From positions 2,100,001-2,132,000 of the forward strand of contig NC_008312.1 in assembly GCF_000014265.1 (NCBI RefSeq): a DNA stretch of 32,000 bases, given 5' to 3'. The notes beneath the pieces were generated by a model that had not been told where the DNA came from, made no database searches, and was given only the letters and a program-made list of their open reading frames with translations. The translations under genes and the position numbers were made by a program. Below, piece by piece: positions 20,874 to 30,194 of this stretch. Position 1 is the first letter of the stretch. Every line of letters starts with the position of its first letter. This DNA is from Trichodesmium erythraeum IMS101 (GTDB lineage Bacteria > Cyanobacteriota > Cyanobacteriia > Cyanobacteriales > Microcoleaceae).

Positions 20874-21369
20874 TATAGTAATCCACCCATAGGTCGTAAC
20901 AGATATAATAATAATAATATATCCACTTCACTAGACAAAAAATGAATATTTTAGATGAACTAGACGATTTTATAAATAAAACATGCATAGTCAAAAGAAA
21001 TAAAAAGAGGCAACACATGTCAAAATGATTTTGTCGGGAAAATCCTACCGTGAAATCAAAGAATTATTAAATGTAACTCAGCAGTTTTATTAGTGAATGG
21101 AAAAATCAAGCAATGTTTCATGGTGTATAAAGTTTAAAGCTTCAATTATATTGGAACAACAGGTTACTTAAAAGCTATCGAGAAAGAGCAAATAATTGAG
21201 TGGATGAGAGCACAAGTTTACCTAAGATTATCAGATTTACAAAAATATTTAAAAAAGCAATATGATGTAGTTTTTGAGTCTAATCAAAGTTATTATAACT
21301 TACTCAAAGAAGCGGGAATAACTTGGAAAAAACTCACTCATATAAATCCAGCTAAAAATGATGAATTAG

Positions 21370-22745
21370 CGGGACTTTAGTGAAAAAATAGTAAAAAAAA
21401 GGGTATAATGTATACCTGATATGTATTTTACGTTAATTACTAGCCTGGGAAAAGTTTGATGAAAGAAACAACTTCAGTGGCCATGCCCTCTTGTTTCCAT
21501 CGATGGTGCGATCGCTTTAACAATGTCTTTAAAACAAAAGCCCAAAAAACAGGGTTTAGGGAATATATAGGAGGATTACTCTTGAGAAAGCGATCGAAAA
21601 AACTTGTCTCAAATTGCCAACAACACTGTAGGTCACACGTACCACAAATTACGGCATTTTCTAGTTCGAGCAAATTGGTCTGTAGATGCTGTGAATGAGC
21701 GTCGTCTTCAAGTAATGTGGGAACGTCGCCAAACAAAACCTTCTCGATCCTATTGCTTTAATTATAGACGATTCAGGCCACAGAAAAAGTGGTAATTTTA
21801 CTGCAGGAGTAGGGCGGCAATATATAGGAGAAATAGGAAAAACAGATAATGGTGTAGTCGTGGTGACAACTCATCTTTATGATGGAGTTAAAAGTCTACC
21901 TTTAGACATAGCTTTGTATCAGAAAGCTGATTCTTTTCCAAAAGGAAAAAAAGACCCAGAATTTGTCAAGAAACCAGACGAGTGCAATGTCTCTAGTAGA
22001 TCAATGTTTGTCCAGAGGACACCAACCAGAAATTGTGTTAATTGAAATTTGGCTATGGTAACAATACATCATTCTTAAATCAACTAGAGAAAAGAAGTTT
22101 AACTTATATAGGAGGATTAGCTAAAAATCGAAAAGTCATCATTAAAAAACAAGATGACATTAAAGAGGAAATTAGATTAGACAAGCTGGCAGAAAGTATA
22201 CCTCAGAAAGCTTTCAACTTAGTTCAACTAAGTACAAAAAATGCTAGAGAAGTTTGGGTAGCTACATTAGAAGTAGAAATATCTAGGATGTCAGGTCAAA
22301 AAACTATAGCTATCGTTATGAATGCTAAAAGTTTTTCTGAGGCCACTGATATTAACTATTATATCACTAATAGAGAAGACAAATATGTAACTCCTGAGTG
22401 GATATATTCTACTTATTCTCAAAGAAATTGGGTGGAAGTTTTCTACAGGGAAGCCAAAGGATGGTTAGGATTAAGAGAATATCAAGTCAGAGATAAAATC
22501 AGCCTTAAAAGGCATTTTATTTTAGTATTTTGTGCTTATACATTTATTATCTGGCATCAGTTAACAGGAGGTATAAGAAGGCGTTGGGCTAACAAACCAT
22601 TAAATACGTTTACTGATACTTTAGAAGCATTTCGTACCGCAATATCTTATCGTTTTGTTGAGTGGTTAGATGAAAACATCGACGTATTTACCGCTCATAA
22701 AGAGAGTTTAGGGTTTGTTTGGGCTTGAAATTTGCTAAAGTCCCG
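21370..22745 (+). mobile_element. IS701-family element (transposase frameshifted)
   Basis: Inverted termini CGGGACTTTAGTG (21370-) and GCTAAAGTCCCG (-22745). 4-bp direct repeat TTAG at 21366-21369 and 22746-22749. Removing it restores ...NPAKNDEL/VKAKK... of the host IS630 transposase. Confidence 0.75.
21456..22728 (+). pseudogene. IS701-family DDE transposase, at least three frameshifts
   Basis: ORF-track pieces 21456..21698, 21604..21795, 21860..22045 and 22042..22728 lie in different frames but read as one protein: ...FHRWCDRFNNVFKTKAQKTGFREYIGGLL / SQIANNTVGHTYHKLRHFLVRANWSVDAVNERRLQVM / VVTTHLYDGVKSLPLDIALYQKADSFPKGKKDPEFVKKPD / ...GYGNNTSFLNQLEKRSLTYIGGLAKNRKV...YSQRNWVEVFYREAKGWLGLREYQVRD. 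Confidence 0.8.
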
Positions 22746-23372
22746 TTAGTGAAAGCAAAAAAAAGCAATAGAGGAATTATTGGTCAAATGGCAATCAGAA
22801 ATAGAAGCTGAAAAGCTTGCAGTATTTATGATTGATAAATGTCATTGATTATGGGGCTATCTCCTAAGTTATGCTTGGGGAAGAAAAGATAAACGAATAT
22901 AAATTCCTCTTAAAAATGAAAGAGAAAGACAAACTTATTATGGAGCCAAATATTATCAAACTAAGGAATTTATTGTGCAAGAATATAAGAAGTGGAAATA
23001 CTGAGAAACGAATTGAATTTGTTAAATATTTAAAAGAGCAAAGCCTGGTAAAAAGATTAGCAATATTTTGGGACGGTGCAAGTTATCATAACTCTCAATA
23101 TTTTCGAGAATATTTGATGTTAATTAATCAAGAAAAACCCGAAGAAAAATGGTTTATAAATTGTCTAAAATTTGCTCCGAATGCCCCAGAATAAAACCCT
23201 GTATAAGATATTTGCTTACAAACCAAAAACTTCATTAGCCAATTTTATCATCTTTGTAGTTCTTTGAAAATAGTTAAGTGGTTATTTGAATTTTTTGCAG
23301 ACAGTCAAATCTTTGATTTTCCCAAACTTTTTCAGTATGGAATTTTGCCACAACCTAAATAGGATTACTATA

Positions 23373-24009
23373 AATTAAAACTTCCAAATCCTTGGTTATG
23401 AGTAAGATTAATATTACTCATAAATATTTTTGTTCCCGGAGATACAGGTAAATTTTTCAATGGTCGATATGTTTGATGTTTTCTGTAGCTAGTACCTTGT
23501 TTTTGTCTGAAGATAAAATTAATTTTTTGATTTCTAGCTTGAACTTTTAGCCAGTGAGATAACTCTAAACCGTGAAATTTCCGGTCTCCAATAACTACTA
23601 ATTTATATTTTTAATAACCGTAAAACTGGTTTAATAAGTGCCTTTTGCTCGGCTAAATTAGTAGAGCCTTTTTTGTGAAAAACTTGCCAATAAATAGCTA
23701 ATGCTCGTTTCTTGTATATGACAGCAATAACGAAAATATTATGATTTTTCCATTGTGTCCTATCTATGGTAAAAATTAATTGACTACTATCAGAAAATTC
23801 TTGATTAATAATTTTGATAATAGGAAACCAAAACAATGGCCAACTCAAAGATGCAGGATGTTAAAAATCTTTGAATGTGACGGCGACGGCTTTCATATTT
23901 AATTGGTAAAGGAAAACAGCCTGCAAGCCTTTCTATTTTGACAGTTTTCTGGACAGTAATTAACCAAATTAAAATTTTTCAAGTTTGGAGTTGAGTATTA
24001 GTCAAAGAT
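23373..24009 (-). pseudogene. IS4-family transposase, N-terminal fragment
   Basis: Minus strand reads ...LITVQKTVKIERLAGCFPLPIKYESRRRHIQRFL..., then LFWFPIIKIINQEF...LIFTIDRTQWKNHNIFVIAVIYKKRALAIYWQVFHKKGSTNLAEQKALIKPVLRLLK (ORF 23603..23848), then YKLVVIGDREFHGLELSHWL... up to the IS630 type 2 insertion point. Frameshifts are present. Confidence 0.7.
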
Positions 24010-24130
24010 TAGAGTTGTTGGGAAATAACTTAAGTGAGCGAAAAATGAAAACTTAAACTAATTAATTTTGGGAGCGTGATTTTATTATTTATGCTGCCAT
24101 CAGGTACAAGTTCCATAGTCCAGTTGCTGT

Positions 24131-25085
24131 TATAGTTATTTTAAATAAGAATGAGACACTATCTGGCGCAATAATTACGAATAATTTTATCAAGATATGT
24201 ATTGATAGGTGAATACATTCTAGCTATTTTTAATGCAGTAAAATCATGTTCTTAGTCATTTAAATCAGGAGAGTATTTTGGCAAAAATAGTAATTGGTGA
24301 CCCCCTGCTTCTACTAATTCTCTAATAATGTTTTTTCGTAATTAATGGTGAATTATCCATGCAGCAGTACACTGGGAATTTTTAATGATGGTAATAAATG
24401 TTGATCATATCATTGTTCAAATCCCACGGCATTTAGGGTTTCTTTAAATATAATTGGTGCTATTAAATCTTTTTCCTTTTTTCTTCTCCCGCCTACTAAA
24501 TTTTCTCTTTTACCTCGTTTTCCCTCTTGCTCACCATAAACTTTTTTCCCTTTTTTTGACTAGGAATAAATACAGTCTTGATTATCTTAAAATCCTGATT
24601 TATCAATAAACACAAGGCTTTTACTGCTAATTTTTTTGATAAAATTTCGAGGGAAAGCTGATAATATATTATCCTTTCTTCTCTATTTCTTTCTCTATAA
24701 CGAAGTTGTTTTTTTCAAGGAAAATTAATTATTTTTAAAGCATAAAATATAGCTGGTTGATTAACTCCAATTTTTTTAGATCTGTCTTAAAATGAGCGAC
24801 TCTGGATTTGGTTTTACATCTTTTTCTAATGCTTTCCAATCTAATTTTATTTGACGACTTTTTACCTTAGTTGCTGACAATTTTGGGCGAGATAACCATC
24901 TATATATCGAAGCTATTCCTATCCCAAATGTATGAGCTACTTTGGTAATCGTACCGCCATTTTCTACAAAATTTATGACTTTTTGTCTGAAGTCTAAACT
25001 ATAAGGCATAGTTCAAAATAGTTTCTAGTTGACTTGATTTTATTATACTCAATTTTTTGTTTCAATCTTAATTAAAACGATTATA
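24131..25085 (-). mobile_element. Degenerate IS630-family element, copy B (single-copy sister of copy A)
   Basis: Termini TATAGTTATTTTAAATAAGA (24131-) and ...TCTTAATTAAAACGATTATA (-25085). It is collinear with 6259-6931 plus one 209-bp unit plus 9440-9506. The N-terminal HTH ORF 24776..25009 (MPYSLDFRQKVINFVENGGTITKVAHTFGIGIASIYRWLSRPKL...) is intact, but the DDE part is full of stops. Confidence 0.8.
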
Positions 25086-25396
25086 ATATTAATTTGTCAT
25101 CAAAATCATGCTTATGATTACGGTAAATCTGATTGACAGCCCCATAGCGCTTAACGCCCGCGAAGGCCTTTTCACATATAACTCTCTACTCTACAGGACT
25201 TACGCAAAGACACTATATATAGCGCATGACAATTTCGACGAACTTCACGCTTTGTCACGTGCGTTAGCGGAGCTTTGCGTTAGCAATAGCCTAACTATTT
25301 TTATTCAAAAAACCAATAGTAATTCAAGTCAAATAATACTAATTTCATAAACTTAAGCTACACTTTTAGAAGTAACCTATTATAGAAAATGTCCCC

Positions 25397-25900
25397 ATGT
25401 CAGGAGTAGTAAAAATTGAGATAAATGAATCGGTAGAAACTCTCAAAAAACTTTTAAAAAGTGCGAGTACAGCTCAAGAAAAGGAAAGACTTCAAACTAT
25501 TTACTGGTTGAAAACTCAAACAGTAGAAACAGTAAAAGAAATTGCGATAATGTTAGGACGCAATCGAGTCACAGTACAAAAATGGTTAGGGAAATATCGT
25601 ACAGGTGGACTGAATCTTTTACTAGAACCAAAGAAAAATCTAGGAGGGAGGCCAAGTTCAATTCCACCAAATGTAATCGAGAAATTAGAAGCAGAATTGC
25701 AAAACCCGGAAGGTTTCCAAAGCTATGGTGAAATTCAACAGTGGTTAACGACTTGTTTTGACATCGAGCTGTCTTATCGAACAGTTCATCAATTAGTCAG
25801 ATTTAAATTAAAAAGTAAATTAAAAGTTCCACGTCCAAATCACATAAAACAAAATAAAGAAGCTCAAGAAAACTTTAAAAAAAACTCTCATCTCAACTAG
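25397..25900 (+). CDS. IS630-family transposase ORF1 (HTH / winged-helix DNA-binding part)
   Basis: 167-aa uninterrupted ORF: ...ERLQTIYWLKTQTVETVKEIAIMLGRNRVTVQKWLGKYRTGGLNLLLEPKKNLGGRPSSIP...YRTVHQLVRFKLKSKLKVPRP. It ends just after an A8C run (25877-25885). Confidence 0.75.
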   Translation: MSGVVKIEINESVETLKKLLKSASTAQEKERLQTIYWLKTQTVETVKEIAIMLGRNRVTVQKWLGKYRTGGLNLLLEPKKNLGGRPSSIPPNVIEKLEAELQNPEGFQSYGEIQQWLTTCFDIELSYRTVHQLVRFKLKSKLKVPRPNHIKQNKEAQENFKKNSHLN

Positions 25901-26469
25901 AAGAGAAAATTAAGTTAATTAATAAATATTCGGAAAATCAACTGCCAATTCGCTATTGGTGTCAAGACGAGACTAGAATTGGATTAAAAACTATAACAGG
26001 TAAAGTCATTACTGCTTGCGGTGTTAAGCCCATTGGTTTATATCAATGGCTATTTAAATATCTATGGCTTTATGGTTTAGTAGAACCAAAAACAGGAGAT
26101 TCCTTTTTTTATGAATTTAGTCATCTAGATACTCCTTGCTTTGAAAGATTTTTAGAGCTTTTTTCTCAAACATATCCTGAAGAGATTCATATTATTCAAC
26201 TAGATAACGGGCGAGGGCATCTAGGGAATGATTTATCTATCCCTGATCACATCATTTTATTATTTCAACCTCCTTATTGTCCCGAAGTTAATCCCATTGA
26301 AAGACTGTGGAAAGAGGTGAAAAAATTCTTGAAAAATCGAGTTTTCGATTCCTTAGATTTCTGACGCAGAATCCTGAGAAATATATTAACTGGATTTAGT
26401 CAAAAAGATATTGCTTCTTGTACAGGATATGATTTTATTCTTGAAGCATTATGTGTAGTCGGACTTTAG
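25885..26469 (+). pseudogene. IS630-family transposase ORF2 (DDE domain, -1 frame relative to ORF1) with an internal TGA
   Basis: My translation is ...LSSQLEEKIKLINKYSENQLPIRYWCQDETRIGLKT...IHIIQLDNGRGH...LLFQPPYCPEVNPIERLWKEVKKFLKNRVFDSLDF*RRIL...CVVGL*. DDE residues are recognisable. The in-frame TGA is at 26362-26364 and the final TAG at 26467-26469. Confidence 0.7.
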
Positions 26470-26474
26470 GAAAT

Positions 26475-27660
26475 TGGTATTACCTTCATTTTAATTGAAG
26501 GATATTTCAATTGATCGGTTAGATATTTTGATAATAACCCATGCTTAACTTGATAAATACTTTTGCCTATTTTCGAGGCAAATCTTTTTAACAAGTTTCA
26601 CACGCTTCATTGCACAAGCAATATGGTTTTTCTGAATTATTCGCAGACGACACGCTCCACGCGTCCTAAACCTGTTAATTGCTTAATTTATCGATTGATA
26701 TCTTCGATTTTCCATCGAGTTTGAATCTCAAACTCTACATCTAAAGAGTGATGATTGAGTCAAGTCATTAGTAACAATATATTCTGCCCTGTTGGCAGAC
26801 ACACATAATCCAAAATATTTTTACCTTTTTGCAGAGTGGAAACCCTTTAATTTTAATTATTTTCCCTGATTTTTTTTTCGGCTTCATTCCAATTTAAATC
26901 TTGAACTTTTTTGTATTTTTCTACACCTCGTGTATCATCAACGCGCGCGATTATTTTTTAAAGGGCAGTAGTAAATTTTTCTATCATTATCTATTAATCC
27001 CATTAATCTTTGTGTTGCATACCCAAATCCATTAATACTGTTTTAAATGGTATTTTCTTATTATTTATGGCATTAAATATCATTTCTTCAACACTCTTCT
27101 ATTTTTGTTTTATTGTCAGTATCTGGGTCATAAATCCTATAATCTATAATCCATAATTGTTCATTCCTTGATTAAAATATACACAATTAACTATTCCAAG
27201 ACCCACGAACTTCGCAGCTGATAGAACGCAAACAACTTGATGAACCTATACCACTATATTGTCGTCGTGTAAGCTCAATACTATATCCATATTTTTTATT
27301 AATTACTGTGCCATCAAAAATTAAATAAGCTTCGGTATCACCAAACAAATTCTTCTTTAACATTTCGCCATAAATCTTCTGAATTCAAAGACTAATATCT
27401 TAAATAGCGATTTATTGTATCATGACTAATATTTTCGCTCTGGATTTCCTAAGGAGCGTTATAGTAAAATTTGTGTGGAATTTAAGTAAATATTGACAGT
27501 AGTCAACAAAGTTAAAATTCATATTTTTGAACTAATATAATCATGTCATTATCATCTAGTAATTAAAGATTTTTAGCAAGTTAATTTAACCTAATTGTAA
27601 CCTTGTTTAAAGATACATTAAAAGTAATATCTATCTGGAAAAAAACTAATTATAGTATGG
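26475..27660 (-). pseudogene. IS4/IS701-superfamily DDE transposase remnant (boundaries approximate)
   Basis: Minus-strand reading gives recognisable stretches between many stops: LFGDTEAYLIFDGTVINKKYGYSIELTRRQYSG, IIDYRIYDPDTDNKTKI, KKIPFKTVLMD, RVDDTRGVEKYKKVQDLNWNEAE, KIRWKIE-like, and KHGLLSKYLTDQLKYPSIKMK near the 3' end. Confidence 0.5.
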
Positions 27661-27770
27661 AGAATTTCATGTCGACAGTACGCTATATATAGCGTACCTG
27701 CGTAAGTCCTGCTCTAGATTGACTCAATGTCCGATTTTCGGTATTTTAACGCTCTATAAATGCTTGGACA

Positions 27771-28040
27771 CTATTGATTTAGCCTTCTGGCAGCGCCTTT
27801 TTTTCTCCCAAGGCTGTTTCTAATATAGGCCCAATGATGTGCCTGGCTGCGGTCTATATCAAACAATATACCAGCCAAATCAAAGGTTGGGTAACATTTA
27901 AAGTAGAAGAGAATATAGAATAATTTGTCCTTACTGGTGCGTAAACGAGCCAAAAGGCCTCCTCCAACAGAGCGTTGACGAGGTTTCTCTAGCAACGTTT
28001 GCTCATATATTTGGTGAAAAGACTTCCAACTTGGATTCAA
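27771..28040 (-). pseudogene. N-terminal fragment of the IS5-family (DDE_Tnp_4-type) transposase of copy 2
   Basis: ORF-track 89-aa ORF. The frame is cut near 27720 by the terminal repeat of the IS630 type 3 element, and the central DDE region is missing. Confidence 0.6.
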
Positions 28041-28491
28041 ATGCTTTAGGATTTAATCGGTGTTAATGCTCTTAGTAACCTGTCTTGTTTTAGGTCTTGT
28101 TCAACGTTTAGCATTCTTCTGGCCAATTTATTCTTTGCTCATTCTACCTTATTTCCCAACAACTCTATTGTTTAAAAAGTAACTCATACAATGATAAGAA
28201 TAACATTTTAGTCAGTCTATATCTGTAAGTGGACTGACTTTTTTTTAGCATTAGCATAAATTGTGACTGATGGTCATAGTATTTTGATTGACATAAAAAT
28301 CAACCAAAATTGGGAAAGAAGGGATGGGTTTGCGATATAGCTGCCGCCACCATCCTCCGCCAACGCAAACCAACCCCTTGTCTTAGGAAGAATTATCATT
28401 ATCTGACTCCAAAAATTCATATTTTCAAGCTCACTTTAATCCAATAAACCCTTCTCCAAAAGTGCTTTTGAGCTGTTTGTCACATCTTGAG

Positions 28492-28662
28492 GTAACTTTT
28501 TCTTGACCTGGTTTAGCAAAGTTTAGCAAATAGATTATATTAGGCAATTAGTTTGCGGGATTATCCGATAGTCAGGGGATAGTTGTATTTTTTGCAGGTA
28601 TTATTCTAGTGGCTATTTTTATTGATATTTTAAATGCTTGCATAGATCCGAGAATTAGGTAT
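28492..28662 (+). pseudogene. Duplicated 3' fragment of the ABC permease gene, part 2
   Basis: 28501-28662 aligns with 17057-17212, the end of the intact permease (...IDILNA.IDPRIRY). It contains a 10-bp internal tandem duplication GTTTAGCAAA x2 (28511-28530). The stop codon is mutated (TATTAA becomes TATGTAA). Confidence 0.8.
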
Positions 28663-28854
28663 GTAATGGTCAGTTATCATTTATCTAGCTCCGGCTGAAA
28701 CAGCTTGAAATCCAAATATTGCTTTTCCCCGTCTTAACTCCCTATCTTCCCTACTCTCTAAAACTACTATTAGTAGTAAATATTAAAAAAACTATATTTA
28801 TACTTTTTTTTGTAGAACTTTATCCTTTCTGGTTAGAGTAAACTTTGATATGGA

Positions 28855-30119
28855 ATAGGAGTTACGCATTGACAAATCATGGGAAATATGATCCACCTGA
28901 GATAGATAAAGTGATCGCTATAAATTAGAGTTCTGAAAATTGGCTTAATAATAACAACAACTAATCAATAAATTAGAAAAAAATTAGCTTAAATTCTCTC
29001 AAATAAAATGGCGATTAACTTGAAGAGATATTTCTCTTTGCAGTTGATACCAATTATCAATCAACTCTTTATATCTCATCAATTCTAATTTAATAAAAGC
29101 TCGTAATGAACTAAAAAAATGATTTAAAATCGCCTCAGACTTTCTAACTATAAATTTATTGATACCATATAATTGCTTCAGAGCGCGATGGTAACATTCA
29201 ATTCCCCAATGAATTGTTTTTAGCCCAATAAATTGAGTTTTATCAACTTCTTCGAGCGTCTTGCGTATCTTGGCAAAATAAAATATAAAAACGAACCATC
29301 CCGTTTTTGAAATGTTTCTTAAATACTTTCACTTTCCCAAAATCTTTCAAGTAAACGATTGTCCCAAAGGCTCCATATCTAAGCTTTCAACTGACTGATA
29401 CTCTCCTTTTTTAATTGAGACTTGTCGATTTTTAGCTATTCCTATCATGAAACCTAATTCCTGTTTTTTCAGAAATTTAAGGTTTTCCTTTGAGGAATAC
29501 CAACTGTCTCCAGTTACATAACTTGGCCGTAGTCCCCAGGCTACAACCTCCGATAACATCAAACGAAAATAGTCATTTTTAGACAGGTTATCTTCTTTGT
29601 TATAAAGTCGATAATTGATAGGAACTGATATTCCATTAGGGTCTGTATAAAATAACGTAATTAAATTAATTCCTTTGATAGTTTTGTGTTTATTTCCTGA
29701 CCAGAAATAGCCAATAAACTCACTTAAGTTTGGATTACTATAAAGTTTTTCGATGACCGTATCATCAATACTTAATGTTCCACCTATCAGTTCAATATAC
29801 TGTTTAACTTCATTGAATAAATCAAATTGATCATAACTTTCTCACTTTAAAAAAACGGTTTACACTGTCATGAGATAAATCATCGAACGTCTCGGCTAAA
29901 CGATTACAACCTGAATATGATCGATTCAGCGATTAAATACCAAGTATAAAGTTCTATATTACACTTAGCTGTTGATTTCTTCGTAATAGTTCGGATAACT
30001 ACCTCGTTTGCTCTACAATCTCCTCCATTTTATCAGTTTTCTGCTCTTTATTTTTAGCGATCGCTTTCTGAGTTCGTACTATGCACATTATATACTATCT
30101 GTCAATGCGTAACTCCTAT
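28855..30119 (-). mobile_element. IS4/IS701-superfamily element with perfect 20-bp terminal inverted repeats and a dead transposase
   Basis: ATAGGAGTTACGCATTGACA at 28855-28874 and its exact reverse complement at 30100-30119. Minus-strand reading: ...YSGCNRLAETFDDLSHDSVNRF..., ...GTLSIDDTVIEKLYSNPNLSEFIGYFWSGNKHKTIKGINLITLFYTDPNGISVPINYRLYNKEDNLSKNDYFRLMLSEVVAWGLRPSYVTGDSWYSSKENLKFLKKQELGFMIGIAKNRQVS... (includes ORF 29347..29562). The remaining C-terminal part is stop-riddled. Confidence 0.75.
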
Positions 30120-30194
30120 GGAATTTACATTATTTTACTATTGACAGAAAATGCCATAAATCTTACTATTGTGAAGTACGCAATAGTAAAAATT

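Larger units (their letters stand above)
20874..23372 (+). mobile_element. IS630-family element, type 2 (dead), interrupted by an IS701-family element
   Basis: Termini are TATAGTAATCC... (20874) and ...GGATTACTATA (23372), inserted at TA. The transposase frame runs from the ATG at 20942 to the stop at 23360-23362 with many stops. The C-terminal part reads RLAIFWDGASYHNSQYFREYL...FAPNAPEQNP.EDIW-like (ORF 22871..23194). Confidence 0.75.
25190..27716 (+). mobile_element. IS630-family element, type 3, apparently carrying another IS remnant in its 3' part (boundaries approximate)
   Basis: Inverted repeats TCTACAGGACTTACGCAAAGACACTATATATAGCG (about 25190-25224) and CGCTATATATAGCGTACCTGCGTAAGTCCTGCTCTAGA (about 27681-27718). 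Two-ORF transposase at 25397-26469. Confidence 0.5.
24010..28167 (-). mobile_element. IS5-family (Harbinger-like) element copy 2, dead and internally deleted, hosting two IS630-type insertions
   Basis: Inverted termini TAGAGTTGTTGGGAAATAA (24010-24028) and TTATTTCCCAACAACTCTA (28149-28167). N-terminal transposase piece is ORF 27771..28040 (MNPSWKSFHQIYEQTLLEKPRQRSVGGG...KLFYILFYFKCYPTFDLAGILFDIDRSQAHHW). C-terminal pieces read EKAFAGVKRYGAVNQIYRNHKHDFDDKLI (about 25172-25086) and TATGLWNLYLMAA* (24130-24089). They are contiguous once IS630 copy B is removed. Confidence 0.6.
20137..28491 (-). mobile_element. IS4-family element (about 1.7 kb of own sequence) expanded to 8.36 kb by nested insertions
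   Basis: 9-bp target duplication GTAACTTTT at 20128-20136 and 28492-28500. It has long imperfect terminal inverted repeats: 20137... ATCACGGGGTGATAAGCAGCTAAAAAACATTGTTGGATAAGGGTTTA against the reverse complement of ...28491, CTCAAGATGTGACAAACAGCTCAAAAGCACTTTTGGAGAAGGGTTTA. Similarity continues for about 100 bp. Minus-strand IS4-type transposase fragments lie inside. Confidence 0.75.

Noticed and set aside
25108-25350. 80-aa plus-strand ORF
   Set aside because: It spans the antisense of the IS5 copy 2 C-terminal fragment and the terminal repeat of IS630 type 3. It is a junction artefact.
30081-30194. N-terminal 38-codon extension of the HTH ORF as given in the ORF track
   Set aside because: The extension starts inside the IS terminal inverted repeat (30100-30119) and encodes low-complexity Ile/Tyr/Leu-rich sequence. 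The ATG at 30195, directly preceding the HTH motif, is more plausible.
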